From positions 1 to 64,000 of the forward strand of contig JYFJ02001843.1 in NCBI GenBank assembly GCA_000934665.2: a stretch of DNA of 64,000 nucleotides, written 5' to 3'. Shown here piece by piece: positions 50,338 to 64,000 of this stretch; position 1 is the stretch's first letter, and every line of letters starts with the position of its first letter. The DNA is from Catajapyx aquilonaris. Lineage: Eukaryota. The notes beneath the pieces were generated by a model. The model was not told the origin of the DNA. It searched no databases and saw only the letters and a list, made by a program, of their open reading frames with translations. Both the position numbers and the translations under genes were made by a program.

Positions 50338-53300
50338 AAAATATATACACGAAAAGAGTTTGAGTACAAGGAACTTGGCATGAATGGACCTGATTGCGCC
50401 CCGGTTTATCTGCAACGTGCAAAGCAAAACGGTACAGAATGTACGCCTGTTTTTCTGCTGCAGGTTGTTAGAGCTTGGAGGGAGTTTTCATTCATAATAG
50501 CGGCTTGTTTACGCAGCTCCGGTTGATGTTGGTGTCGGGGAGTAACAATGGTGTGGGGGACACTAATAGATGCTCGTTATGATGCGACGAAATAGCCCCT
50601 GAACTTGTTTACAAATTGCATCCACATTGAAACGATTGCCATTCACCCTCGCAGTTGATGATGCATTTCAAAAAATAATGGTCCGCAATAGCAAACGAAA
50701 TAGTGTTTGAGTATGTGTTATTGATGTAAACATGTTCCACATTTGGGACGCGTCGTAATAATTGCCAAAAACATGCTGTTATTCTCCCTGTGTGACTATA
50801 ACTTGACTATCCTTGAATGTGTTACAACAATAATTCTACTGTACTTTAGTCGGGTTTAAAAAGAGCACATTTCTTAACTGTGCGGGCCAGAATCACTTTT
50901 CAAAAATCCTCTCCCTGAGTTCTTAAACTTTTTCACCCCTACCATTAAAATCCAATTACTGCAAACAGCAGCCTGGATGTTTAATAACCCATTACAAAGA
51001 TTAAGTGCTATAGTTTACACTGAAGGCCCTCTCTTTTTTTAAAGAGAGAGAGAGAGAGAGAGAAACTTTGTTGTTACATTGCACATGCTGCAATGCAGAT
51101 TTTTGCTTCTATTATGCCCTGCTGGTCCCCTTTTCGCACTTCTCTCTCGTTTTTTTTTTTTAATATTCGGGTGTGTTTGGTGCAAATCGTCAAACTGGTG
51201 GGGCGCGAAAGGCACACCGCCCCGCGGCAATAATTCCAGAGCCTCGGAATAATCATTGGGTGTAAATGCATTTTGAGTTGGAATATGGCGAGGCGAAAGC
51301 GCATGGAAAATGAGGTTAGAGAGGGGGTTGGCATATGCTCTCTCTAAATAGATCCTGCCTTCCTCAGTTGGACCCATTAGCATGCTGCTTCCATGGTGGG
51401 AGAGGAAAAAAAGCTATAATTCCTGTCGAACGATACATGGCCCTGACATTAAAAGCTGGAAAAGAAAAGTGCATTTTCCTGTGGGTATATTGGACCCGGG
51501 TTCAAAGGTTACGGGAAGAATCGCTTCATTTTCTCCCATGCTGCTATATTGATTATATCGGGAAAATTCTATCGGGTAATGATTAACCCGAGAGAGTTCA
51601 TTAGTTGCCAGGGAGGGCTCAGTTTTGCTTAATTTTCGGCTTCCAAGATTAAAGTTTCTGATATTGCCTGGAACCATTGATTAAATTTTCTTAAGAGGAT
51701 GCAACCAGACGCTCGAAAATTTCATCCTCATTTTGGCTGTTTCTGACACCCTAGTTAGTGACGTCACATTATCCCAAAAAACTGCTCCATCGTTTGCTGT
51801 AATAATAATAATCTTCACTATAGCGCAAGATGTGGATTAACTAATGGAGATCTTCCCTTATTCAGTTCAGGCCAAAACAGTTTCTATTACAACTTGGTAT
51901 TAAAAACCATATTTTTATCAAAGAAACTAGCTAAATTTGAGCAATATTTTTATATGCGATTAATTAATTGTTATCACTTTTTTATGTAAATGCATAATCT
52001 CCATCTGGCAATACCATCTACTTGACGGATATAATTTAAGCAGCGTGAAGGACAGGAACATTGTTGATTTTAGTAATTCTCCTCAAACACTTCCGTTGCG
52101 AGGCACTCCAATTGCTTAATCCGGATTAAGAGTCGGATTGCGAGAAGATAAATAAAAAAACACGAATCGAAACCCAGAGTAAATAATATGGCTTTGATTG
52201 TTACTTCCAGAAAGTGTTGCTTCTCTTTAAACAATTCATTTATTCACAACTTCTTTCCTGTTCCTCTCTTGGACATGGCCATGTACCACTCTACACTAAA
52301 TTTTCATGGTGAGTTTATTTCTGGAATGTGTTTGACAATTAGCGACGCTTCAGGTAAGCGCCATTGCCAGTTGAATAAGGATAATTTTGCAGACTTTCTA
52401 GATCTGGAACTGCTACTCACAAATGTCCTAATCCCCTCAAAGCAATATTACTTTTTTTTTTGAAAAGGTACGCGAAACAATCCCCAGGTTTCGAAATGGA
52501 ACTAAATTGCTCATCAGTGCAAGGCCTCATTGTTTGAACAGCAGATCATTCACTCCCTGAGATGGAATATTATGCAGGCTCATTTTCCTGTTCAAATGAG
52601 CTGCTCACTCACTGCGTTAGACAGGAACTAATTAATACGCTGCCAATACCACACGTAAGGTTACTGCGGGGGCGGCGTATATCTTCTAATGTAATCCCTG
52701 CTCACTTCCGGCAGATTCTATCAAAATATATTCGCAGGAGGCTGAATTTATAGTGTGATTTCTATGGTGACATGCTATCGTCGTTTGGACTGTAAACAAC
52801 TCACTCTAAAGCCTTTCAGATGTGCATGAATAGTATATATACTCTGACACCATTTTCTGCACAAAGGTTGAACCCCTTAGGGAACCCTTCTGTGTGTATA
52901 GGGCTGTCTCTTCCAAGTAGTTTAGATACAAAAAAAAGTGAATAAAGAGGTCCTTTTTTTATTTGCTACAAAAAGTGCTTGGGGCAATTTAAGCTCCTGT
53001 GCACATGAAATATGCAGTTGCATCGTGAAACCTGCTGTGACTGCTCTTCACCCTCATGCGAGTTTTTCGCAGCTCGACAAAAGAAAAAGAGAGACAATGT
53101 TTTTAAACGGACGTAAGGCCTTTAAAAATTCACAACAGCGCTGAGCTGTGCATGTCGCTTTTGCTTCCGCGTGACAAACGAAGAAAGTTTGGATTTTGCC
53201 AAAGGCAAGGAAATCCATTTTTCTCTCTCAGGGCTCAGCGTTTTTCCTCTTCGTCTCCCGATTGCCACCCTTCCATTTTTTTTTTTCTTTCTCCTTCTCC

Positions 53301-56300
53301 AATTTTTTTCTTCTCTCCTTTTTCTTTTTGTACAGTACCTTTAATGTGGGAACCCGCCTGCTGTGTGGTGTTTCTTCTTCTCTTTCTCTTCGGCATCATC
53401 AGCTGCCACTCTTTTAAGTACCAACTGAGTTAACAAGTGCACAAATCCTACTCTTCCACCAGTGTTTGTAACAATGCCACTGTTTCTGACATTACTACTT
53501 TCAAGGCCTGATGACGCTGTCGCTAGATAGCACCAGATTCCACCCTAGAGGGCACTCACCATGAGGTAGAATAAGTCTCCATGTTCCCCAGACATAGCTA
53601 AACTTGTAAGCCAATAAAGATGGGCCTTTCTATTACCTTAATGTGCACAGGGTGGTTCGCAGCCCAAGTCTACAATAAAACCCGTTAAGAAGGGATATAA
53701 TCACCAGAAAGCAACAATAACACTTGACTTTTCCTTCCAATCCATTGGAATCTGCGTGTGGGCAAGTTTGCAACCGTGGAATGACATGTACTTCAATTAA
53801 TTAAGGGTCCAAACTATGATTATAAAATATTATATGACACAGTGGAGTCCGGATGCTCGTTCCTATAAGGTAGGCATTTTATCTAAATTAGGAGTGTTTG
53901 CCTGCTGGGTGATGGCCTATTTTTATGCGTTTAGAATATCCGTGCACTTGTCCAACTTTTAAAACTACTTTAAGCAAAGTTAGATTGGCGCCATGGCGAC
54001 GAAAGCTATTTATTTATGCGGCTGTACAGAAGTTCTCTGTCCCGTTTTGGGGGGTTTCGGCCTACTTTTATCCGCATTTAGTTGCCAATTTTATGCACCA
54101 TACAACGGAAATATGCGAATTGCATGCCCTTTTGGTGAATTCGGAAAACTATTTCGATTTTATGACTCTTCACACGTGCAGGCTGTGGCAATATTAACTA
54201 GCCTTTATTACTGGTCATACATACTTGTCCAAGAAAAACAAATAAATAAAACTTGTCTATATATCGGAACCACTCTTTTGTGCAAATAATTTCCGCGAGA
54301 AATAATAATTCAGCGTCAGGATCGCGAAATTCTCCAATTGATAACTCTCAACCTCTAATATTTCACTGCACATTTCCTTGGTGTATTACGATATGACAAA
54401 ATTAAATAATACACTATTATTAGGTATGGTGGGCTTATAATTTATAATTTTGCTAATGTGTAAGTCACTTATAAATAACTTTATGTGCGTAATGCTGCTT
54501 TTGAGTGAGGTCATATTGCATTTCGATGGGAGTGCTTTTGCAAGCTGATGTTTCATGGACGCTATCTCGCAGGGGCTACTTAATTACTTAATTGCTTCGT
54601 ATAATGGCCTCTTCTGCTTCCTCACCTTTATCTGGAGAAAGGATAGGCTCTAAGGGCATATACTGTATAGACTACTTCCCCTGGGCTGGGATTCCATTGG
54701 CACAAGATGAATGGATGAGTGTCGCACCAGGAAATGGCTTCATTCACGCTTCTCCTTCTCCCTCTTAGGAGCCCGGAGAATCGAGTGAAAAGATTTCAAA
54801 TGCATTTTCTCCTGGAAGCGATTTCTCCTGCTCGAGCGGAATTAGCCTGGGCTTTGGTCCCATTTTAATTAAGGCTTGTCAATCTTAACGGGAGTGTGTG
54901 GTGATCGACTCACTCCGGTTCAAAGATTCCTCCAGTTCTCTTGGGAGAAGAGGTGTTTGACTTATTGTGGCTTTGTAAGGGAAAGTTCTTTGAGAATTAA
55001 AGAGTTTTCGAAGCAAATTGCTTGGAATGAGTTCTCTACAGTAGCATTACGAAGAAGCTGTTTTGACAGCACTAATGTCGGCAATTTACAGTTAGTAGAG
55101 ATTCAATGAAAATGCTACTTATAAGAAATTAAAGCCTTATAGAAAAATTTATACTTATGCAAGTCATTCAATACTGATTGTTCATGCATCATTTTGAATT
55201 GTATATACAATAAACACATATTGCACCAGTTCAGTGCAGAACATGCGCTGTATTATATTGACAGTAATTGCGTGGTTTGTGTCCATTTAATGCAATGAGT
55301 GAAATATATTCACTACAGCTTTAATAAACTAATAGTAATTGTAGCATTTTATAAATGCCGGTATAAGTAATGCAACATAGCATATTAATTTAAATGTTGA
55401 TTAATGCAAATTGCTCGATTAAAACTTCATGCCATGTACCCACAGTAAAATTGTGCAGCTGTTTCAAAATTATATTCAATGACAAATATTTAACTTTGAT
55501 AAGACATTTCCTAACATTGCATTTTACATAACTTTTCTGGGCACGTTAGGCATTTTAAATAACGTGTTTAGAGTCCTTTATGACAGACATATTTATGAGG
55601 AGTCCAAGCCTGGTCATGCCTTCCGGATTAATGATGATGAATCGATGATGTCCTTCTCTTCCTCATATATATTGGAATATGACCAGTCCAGTACTAAATA
55701 CATCCAGCTGAGAGAGACCGTGTCGCCTCCTGATGCCCAAAATTGAAATTCTTGGCACGTCCATCTGAAATTGCGCCTTGGAGGCCCCCTCTTATTATGG
55801 CCGCAACCTTCAGCAAAGGTCACATCTCTTCCTCACCCCACTTTTTTTTAATAAAAAAAAGAACCGAAAAAACACACACGACGCCCGTTTAGATCAATAC
55901 CACAGTCAATTTTTGAGACTGACAAGTAACCTGCTCTTGTATTCTGCCTTGGTGCACATATATACCCAGCCCCTGGTTGTATATGCGCCATCGCCTGGCT
56001 CATAAAGTTGCATAGGGAAAACAGGGGTGCAACCCCAGGGGCTATCCAATCTTCCGGTAACAAGCAGGATGGGACCTATGAAATCTCTAGGCCATGCTGG
56101 GCTTGTTAGCGCTCTCGTCCTTTTCGTCTGATGCTGCGGAGAAAGCTCAGGCCATTAGGCTTCGTATATAGGAAACACTAGGCCGCATCCATTTTGTCAA
56201 ATGGCTAGACAGTGTTCTTTGTGGTGGATAAAAAAAATACGGCAAAGCACTCGCAATGGATGACCTAATTCCAACTTTTAGCAGCTAAAATATTCTCCCT

Positions 56301-59300
56301 TTATATGAGAAGTCCAATTGAAAATTATTCAGAGCTCATAGGTCATATTGCTGTATGACAAAGCACGTTCTCTTTCACTACGCTTTAGCGATGCGGTCAT
56401 GAAGCTCTTTACACCTCGTTGTGTAAGGTTAATATATGGAAAAAGACTTGAGGCTGGTATTCGCCAATGTGCAATGCAAACTGGGGGGAAGAAGAAGCGG
56501 AGTGGAAATAACCACAGCAGCTCGCCCTTATCATTGCCCGCATTCCTTGCTTGCCTTATTTGATTCGTGACTGGCATGCTCATTACAGTGTTTGTCAGAC
56601 GGGCTCCTAGCAAGTACTTCAAAGTTTCAAAAATAATCAGGGCGTAATAAATTTGCGGGATGTAGCAAAAAAAATATTCAGCAGGTTCTGCTGGAATACC
56701 GCATTGCAAAAGACAGGTCAGCGCAAAGGAAAGCTAACTACTAGAAAATTTTAACAAGGTATGATAGATTACATGGACACTGTTTGATATATCACGACGG
56801 TAACCTTCGGTGTCAGTAAATGGCCAGTAAAACAAAGGTAAATATGTTTTTGCCCATCTAAACTACAGCCATAAAGTTTTTATCATTTTTTCCCCCTTCC
56901 CATTTTGTGAATATACGATCGAAAATGTGGCTCCAAGATGGAATCGGAGGTCCGGCTAACCCACATCTCGACCTTCTTTCCGCAAGATAAGAAATATAGA
57001 GTGAAACCTGCGGAAAACTTCCGACGTTTCCGTCAGGCCGTCGAATATCCCCCGGAAACTTCTGGAGAAAATTCAATCGACTAGCCCCTCCCTGGTTTTT
57101 TTTTTATCAGAAAAAGTGTCTGAGTACCACTCGAAGAAAAAAAAAATCCACATGTAATATAGATATGTAGGGAAGAAGAGAGCGTTATACCGACAAAACA
57201 TGCCCATCAAAACTGAAAGAAATTACTACCGAGTATGAACCAGATGATCCAGAGATTGCAATAAGACGCAATATATGGAGACAAGAGGAGCACCTGTTCC
57301 TTCCTGCACTTGAGTCTTCATGACGGCCGTTAACTTGATCCCCTTGAGATCACTCATAAATGAACCTCTGGAGAATGTAATTAAAAACAAGATGGTCGGC
57401 ACAGGCCTTATTAACTGAGGGCTAAGATGGATACCATAACCTTCTTCGCCCAAAATTAATCTTAGTTAAGCGAGAGTTTCAGCAATATTTTGCACTAGTT
57501 GTAACTGCTGTTGGTTTAATCGCATAAAATATTCACACAATCACCGTTGGTTTCAAAGATGATGCAACTGCATGAACCTTACTGCTGTGATAACTGAACC
57601 GAATTTGCTCTGGTCAAGATGCGCAGGCCATGACAAATTAGTGCACGTGACAGGGTTTATGTTTTGGGAATGAGTCCTGAGGGAGCTAAAATTGGGATTC
57701 CGTGACACGCCCTGCAATTGGTCGGATTGCATCACTCTAAATATGCATGACTCCTTCGTTTATTTACTGCAGACTATTTCGCACCATGCACTTTTTATTG
57801 CGACGGATCTGTCAGCTGTTTTTTTTTGCCGCTTGGCAATTTGCTCGAGTGCATTTATTTATCACTAAATATATTCGTAAAAATAGTGGTGGATTTTTTT
57901 TTTCTGTAGATACTTTTTGAGCCTCAGACATCATTTTACTCTCTAATTTCCAAATGGATTCAGCAATAGATCCTCAGGTTCATCCAAGCTCCAGAGCCGT
58001 TTATCCCTATATACGCAGTTGCAGTCCATTCAAGTTTGCAAAAAAAAATTGCTCACGAAAGGAAGCCCCGATTCGCTAACTATTGAGTCGAATAGTTTCC
58101 TGGAATTTCCAGTTCTTCCTGGAATAAGCAAGCTATTTGCTGAGATTCCGAAGCGCATAGTCTACCTTTCCTTTTCACGGAAATGTGCAGGGTGATTCAC
58201 TGCTAAAGCAACGGAGATGGTTGTTGTATCATCAGCACAAAATGTGCCCTTGCCCAGTGTTTATTTTACTTATTTTTAAAGCTAATTTATGAAACACCTT
58301 TGAAGAATATACTTGGGCAGTGTACCATACGTTTGTAGTAAGTTGTTTCAAAGCACGAGTTATTTTTCCTGGAAGCCGAAAGTCCTTCCGGCCACTTCTG
58401 GAGGTCAATATTGATTCAGTGTCATGTGGCTCTGTCCCCAAGGAAGTTTAAAAGGCCAGTAAGCGGTGTCCTAAGACAACGAGAGATTAGTTATGGTGTT
58501 TTCTCAGATAAAGGAAAGATAGAGACGGGCAGGGATTGGCTGGGTTGTGTAATGCGTTTGCGGTGTAACCTAAGCCCTCCTCGGCTCCGGGGCATTTCAA
58601 ATGAGCAATTTTCTTGATGGCCGACCCAAGAAGGCAATTTAGACGAGTGCACCGCCTTCCTACTACAAGTAAATTTTGATTAATTAGCAAATGTAAAGTA
58701 AGCAGCAGTTTTTTTAAAATGAAAAAAAATTGGTCATTATACTGTACAAAGAAGATTTGTTGCTGATTGCTGCTGGTTGCTGGGGTGAGCAATGTTGATC
58801 TCCATATTGAGTTCACCACGTTTGGTTTTTGGGCATGGGAGCTACTGATTAAATTAAAGTTTTTTTTCCATCTGCTTTTTTGCTTTGCCAAAAATTGTCA
58901 AACCAGTAGATTAAACAGGGAAGTCGTAAAACAGCATAATTGTGATGTTTCCCTTCTGGGACACAAGTGTTAACACCGTCAGACTAAGCCTGGCATCCAC
59001 GGTATATGAGCCGGAATAAAGTGGAAAGTGACGATTGGCGTAATCCGATTCCGAGCACGACGGATTAGCACCGCAAATGCTGCAGCTGGAAAACTCGTAA
59101 CTTTTTAACAAGTGTATAGGTATATGCTGGGTACGTATAGTATGATATGCTGGAACTGTGCGAGTTCGCTTGTGTTTTCTGGATGTGTGTCGAATAAGCT
59201 TGTTAAAGTGAATGAGGGAAATAACTGCCGATATTTGTATGTCGGGGCATCACTTATACAGTACTGTATTTCAACGCCAGTGAAAGTATGAACCGTTACT

Positions 59301-61258
59301 TCTTGCTAACTAATCCATTCTTATTGGCCAGAGCAGTAAAATCCAGCATCCTGCTCAATCTTGTACAAAATCCGTCACCAAGAGTCGATGTAAATTTATT
59401 TAAAGTTTTCTAGTTCAAAACGCTCGGGTTTATGCGCTCATTGCAGAGCAACTAGCGCAAATGTTGGCCCGATAAATTCTATCAACCAGTTTAATGGGAA
59501 GCAATAGTAGCTTACGACGAGTTAATTACTCCAAAAGAATAATTTCTTTTGTTGAAACTGGTAGCTGGGGCAACAATTCCACACCCCCTGCCCATCCCTG
59601 CCCCTCTCTTGAAAATAATTGAAGCTTGGAAAGCAAGTTGGAAAGTTTGCCATACCGTATTGTAGATGTAGAGCCTACACCAAAGTTGACAAATTGTTTT
59701 TACGGATTCAAGATATATTTTTCGAAGTTCAGGATATTGCATTCGACTTCATGCAGGTCACTGGCACATTCTGAAACGTTAGAGAGAAAAATAATGATGT
59801 CTTTTTTGACAGCTTTTTGAGCTTCTTTCTTTGAGGGTTGCCTCAGCCATCTAGTGGTTCGTAGTAGGACATCCAGGTTCATACGCGGCAGCACATGCCA
59901 GGATTATTGTCTCTACAGATCCGTTTATTCTCCTTACATTATCGTCTTTCCTCCATTACTTGCAGGAATTGTGCTTGATTTGTGGATTGTTGCAGAAAAT
60001 ACAGATGTCTGATACATAACAATCAATCAGCTTACAATTTATGGCCTCGTTTACCATAGTAAGCCTATAATATTATAGTGTTAGCAATTCCATTTCACGT
60101 AGCCTAAAAAACATCCTGGAGCTAGAACGTATTGAAGTGCGTTGTGCTAACCTTTAAAAAAACCTTCTTCAAATGCATGGGTCTAATTATTATTAGGTGC
60201 CTAATGTATATCAATGTTATGCAGTATATGCGATGTAATGTCAGGAGTGTGACGAGATCCAGCATAATTATTGTAGGCCTACTTTGACATCAATGGGCAA
60301 GCTGAATAACTTGCAGATCTATAATGTAACGTGCGCACTAAGAAATTTACAAATTAATAATTTTGTGCATCTCATTGACATGCTGGAGAAGGAAAGCACA
60401 ATAATGGTGCATTGCTCTATTATCTATTTATTAACGCAGATAACGACTGAAATGTATTATACTGTACCTGCATTTCAAGTCCCTCATTCCGACGTATATA
60501 GGCCCATCAGAGTGTATGACTATGATTGTGTCCGGCGCACATTGCTCATTGTGTATTGCTTAAATGATATTCCAAATTCGAAGTGATGACATTCTGTCCC
60601 ACGTCTTTTGTCTGTTTAGTGTTGTCCTTACCAGCAACCCCCCTACAGAATAGTGAGCTCTGATGGTAACTGACTGAAAAAGAATTCCACACACCTTTAC
60701 TTCTCAACGGACAGAACACAGAAGCTGTGATGCGAAAACGTTTTGGCCACTGAACGTACATATTTACCTTATTAACAACTACTGTACGTACTACGATATC
60801 AACCCCACAAGGCTCCGATTTTTAGATAAGTTTAATGCAGGAGAATATTTATTATAGTGAGGATAATACTCTTACAAGTCTAGTAATTGTCGACTCGGAC
60901 TTGTGCATTAACATCAAGATGACAAAGGGAAGGTCAATATATATAACATGAAGCCAAATTTCTACATCTCTGGGCCTATACTTACCTATGTAAATATACC
61001 CTGTATGCATAATATAGAGAGGGCTGTGTAAGACTACAATATTAATACCTAATGAACTCATAACGTTACTTCAGCGGTGCATTTCAGTGATATCTGCCTC
61101 TCATTTTGGTATTTTACAACGTATTGTATAAATGTGATGGAAATATTAATAATAGATCTTCATCGACTTCATCCAAGTGAAAACAACACCTGGGAATTTG
61201 CACCCACATCACAAGGACACTGATATACTAATAAACTAATGCAGCATATTTTAGTTTA

Positions 61259-62087
61259 TTATAGTAGTATATTAGTGTGTACGTGATGTGGATGCGAATT
61301 CCCAGGTGTTGGTATCAATTGGATCAAGTGTTCGGGGGCAATCTGTCTCTTGCTAAATCTGAATTTCAACAGCTCCCAAATGAAGACCACAAAAGCAAAG
61401 GCCATTATGACGAAATGGCCCACAAGGGGGGTCATGAACTGGCTTAGCTTCAAAGCCATGGAGGGCTGGTAAGACAGGTTTTTCTCCCTGGCCGATGTCA
61501 GCGCAGGCAACTTTAACCTATGGACAAATTGGGAGTTGAAATGCGGATATAAGCCAGCCATGTTAAAATTATATTCCATTCTTTTCAGGGAGTGCTCAAT
61601 GACTGAATACTTCGTCACGGCGTAACCTGCTTCGCATAAAAGGGAATTGTCAGGGACTATGATGGCAGGTATTACTCCGTCTAAATCCATGAGTTGAGCA
61701 ATCATGGCTGTCAATATTATATGAACAGAGAAGCAAGCAAAGTCCTCTTCTATCACCCTCTGGACGCATTCCATCATTCCCCCGCCCTTTTGCATGTTTG
61801 CCTTTAGATTGCTGTGGTAATCGACTTCTGACAAATCAGTCATCAAGTATATGTAATCATACACGATATTCGTGATCCCCCATTCCCATCCTTCCGACAA
61901 CGCCAGCTCCTTGATGCTCATCGGAAGCTTCTCCTCTTCTGGCGACACCAGAAAGGCGAAGAACTTGGAGTCGTATGCGCAGACCAGGATGTCACACACG
62001 AGGGCCCAGACACATATCAGCACACGAACAGGAGTTGCTGTCGGGATCAGGTTGGGATTCTCCTCGATAATAGCCGAAAAGACGAAT
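61259..62087 (-). CDS. Divergent ionotropic receptor (iGluR/IR family), last exon: pore loop, M3, S2, M4, C-tail
   Basis: TTCTCCCAG acceptor, phase 2; RVLICVW..AYDSKFFAFL (M3-like), AGLY, LKLSQF, and hydrophobic M4 ending FVVFIWELL; TAA stop. Confidence 0.85.
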
Positions 62088-62323
62088 CTGGGAGAATTTA
62101 TAATAATGATTTGTAATACTTATTACGGTACGTATTAATAAAGGCTAAAAACCAACCGTGCTTTGGTACAAAAAAAACAACATCGTACTGTGAAAGTACT
62201 CGTTTCAAATGCAGTCATAACTGATGAAGATCACGTTTTCTTTTGCCAACCTTTCGATTCTAGGTGTGTATCGTAGGGGGGGGGGGGCGTTTTAATAGAG
62301 GCGTCTACTTATGTGGGTCCAAG

Positions 62324-62642
62324 GTCCACGACAATTCTCCAGTTACGCACCTGTCGCGTTGTTCAAGATGCCATCAGAGACTGGGGCTTCCACGTGATGA
62401 ATTATCCACCCTACAGTCTGGACCTGGCCCAGAGTGACTTCGTCACCTAAAAAAGAACTTCGTGGACGTCATTGTGGCGCTGATAATGGAATTTTTTTCA
62501 AGTGGGATCGGATCATTTTCCGACAAATGACGAAAGTGCGTTGAGATGAAGGGAGATTACGTCGAGAAAAAAATGACATTGTGTGAGTTGTAACACATGC
62601 CTTTCATACCTAGGTCGTTGTTAACTTTTTGACCCTCCCTCG
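62324..62642 (+). mobile_element. Mariner transposase pseudogene (C-terminal fragment) with 3' TIR
   Basis: HDN...DWGFHVMNYPPYSLDLAQSDF (mariner YSPDLAPxD motif), ELRGRH and K*RKCVEMKGDYVEK with frameshifts and a stop; ends ACTTTTTGACCCTCCCTCG|TA. Confidence 0.9.
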
Positions 62643-62644
62643 TA

Positions 62645-63508
62645 TGTTTAAGGAGGGGTCATCCAAAATCTGTGCCAAAAGCTCCAGTAAGTGACAAATT
62701 AGGAGATTTTGAATGGACTATGGCCCAAAATTTTGGCCATGTGCCTAGCAGGTACATTGGAAAGCAGTACAAAAAAGTTGAAGACAACAGAAACGGATGG
62801 ACAATTTGCATATACACGATTATTTTGTTGGTGACAGTGTGTATGCATGCTGAAGGATAGTAAGTGTGTAGTCTATGTGAAGAATTTCATTGTGTATGAG
62901 GGAAAGCTTGCCACTGTGTACATTTCAAGAGTAGGCTACAAGGATTTGTATGCATATCCAGTTCCATCCTCAACATTGAGCATTTATGTAGTGGACAAGC
63001 CATCAGACAATTTATTTACATCATATGCAACCGATATTGTAGCCAAATGTTTTCTCCTACGTTCACCTCTGAAGAGGCTCAGTGGGTGTCAATACCCTTA
63101 CGACATACATCATAATAACCGAATCATTTGATAACAAATTATATTATGATGTACGAAGCAGCAGGTATGGCGTAACAGTTAGGTGTCACAATTGCGGGAG
63201 AGAGCTAGTTATCAATAAAAGCAAAAATTTAGTGAACAAAACGTGACAATTATTTATCCTTTTTTCCTTTTCCTCAGTTTCCTAAAAAAACATTTGAGAG
63301 CCATATGGACATTAATACTCGTATTATAGGTCATAATCATGACACTATACAACGTCGTAAGGACGTCGCAGTGGCGTCCCAGAGAAGACGGTCGAGTTTG
63401 TGACATTTTACGTCTCTGGTACGTCAGATGATGACGTCAAAGGGACCAATATTTCGTCCCAATATGATCAAATGGCGACGTCCCTGAGACGACACCTTGT
63501 TCCCTGGG
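62645..63508 (+). mobile_element. EnSpm/CACTA (CMC) element 3' remnant
   Basis: Broken ORF QYKKV...GDSVCMLKD...DLYAYPVPSSTLSIYVV...DIVAKC resembles the C-terminus of animal EnSpm transposases (from recall); ACGTC-rich subterminal repeats at about 63350-63490; terminus TGTTCCCTGGG. Confidence 0.65.
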
Positions 63509-63750
63509 GCGTCATTCAAAGATTCAAACCTTAGTGAGATTTATCTTTTCCCTCTATCATTGAATCAGTATTTTTTGTTACCCATTTAGAGTTATCGATT
63601 CATGATTTCTGGTGATGGATAAGTTGAATATTATTTTCATGTCTGTTTTTGTGCAATTTGGGTGCCAATTGAGTTGACTACATCTTTTAAATAGATTAGT
63701 AGGCGAAGGAAGAGATACGTATGTGTAAAGAGTAGGAGGTAACAAAGTAC

Positions 63751-64000
63751 CTCAAGGAATACAGGCTGAGATGTGGCGGGTGCTTGTGACCATCAGGAAA
63801 CGGATTGTCAAATGATTCGGACTCCTTGAGGATCAGGTAAAAGGACAGGCTGACCACCAGACCAGTGACGAAGAGGGCAGCCCACATCCCCTTGGTGAAA
63901 GGCTTGAAGATTGCTGTCCAGGAGAACATGAGTCGAGGGGTTCGGATGGCGTATGTGTTGATGATTTGGAGTACGCATGTGGGAAAGTCCACAACCTTCA
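63751..64000 (-). CDS. Same ionotropic receptor, preceding exon (end of S1, pre-M1, M1); continues beyond the window
   Basis: KVVDFPT (S1 'VDF' motif), IFKPFTKGMW followed by a hydrophobic helix; donor AG|GTAC phase 2 joins 62087 in frame (YSLR/FVFSAIIEE). Confidence 0.85.

Noticed and set aside
50500..61200. Short ORFs between sGC alpha and the IR gene
   Set aside because: No recognisable motifs or consistent splice chain; treated as intergenic.

Overview
Eukaryotic, intron-rich animal DNA; the protein sequences point to an arthropod, but the species cannot be determined. The main feature is a complete minus-strand gene for the alpha subunit of NO-sensitive soluble guanylate cyclase (Gycalpha99B/GUCY1A-like). 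It has 10 coding exons from ATG 49899 to TAG 7980, all introns GT-AG and phase-compatible, giving a 2004-nt CDS (667 aa). The right end holds the last two exons of a divergent ionotropic (iGluR-family chemosensory) receptor, also on the minus strand, whose intron contains mariner and EnSpm/CACTA remnants. Introns and flanks carry several MITEs and foldbacks, a Helitron 3' end, short hairpins and simple repeats. The best leads are a phase-compatible candidate alternative first exon in sGC intron 2, a retained beta1-His105-equivalent histidine with an FxTxR motif in this alpha subunit, a possible unannotated spliced gene downstream, and a loopless 56-bp palindrome. I found no clear evidence of a wholly new system; these leads are hypotheses.
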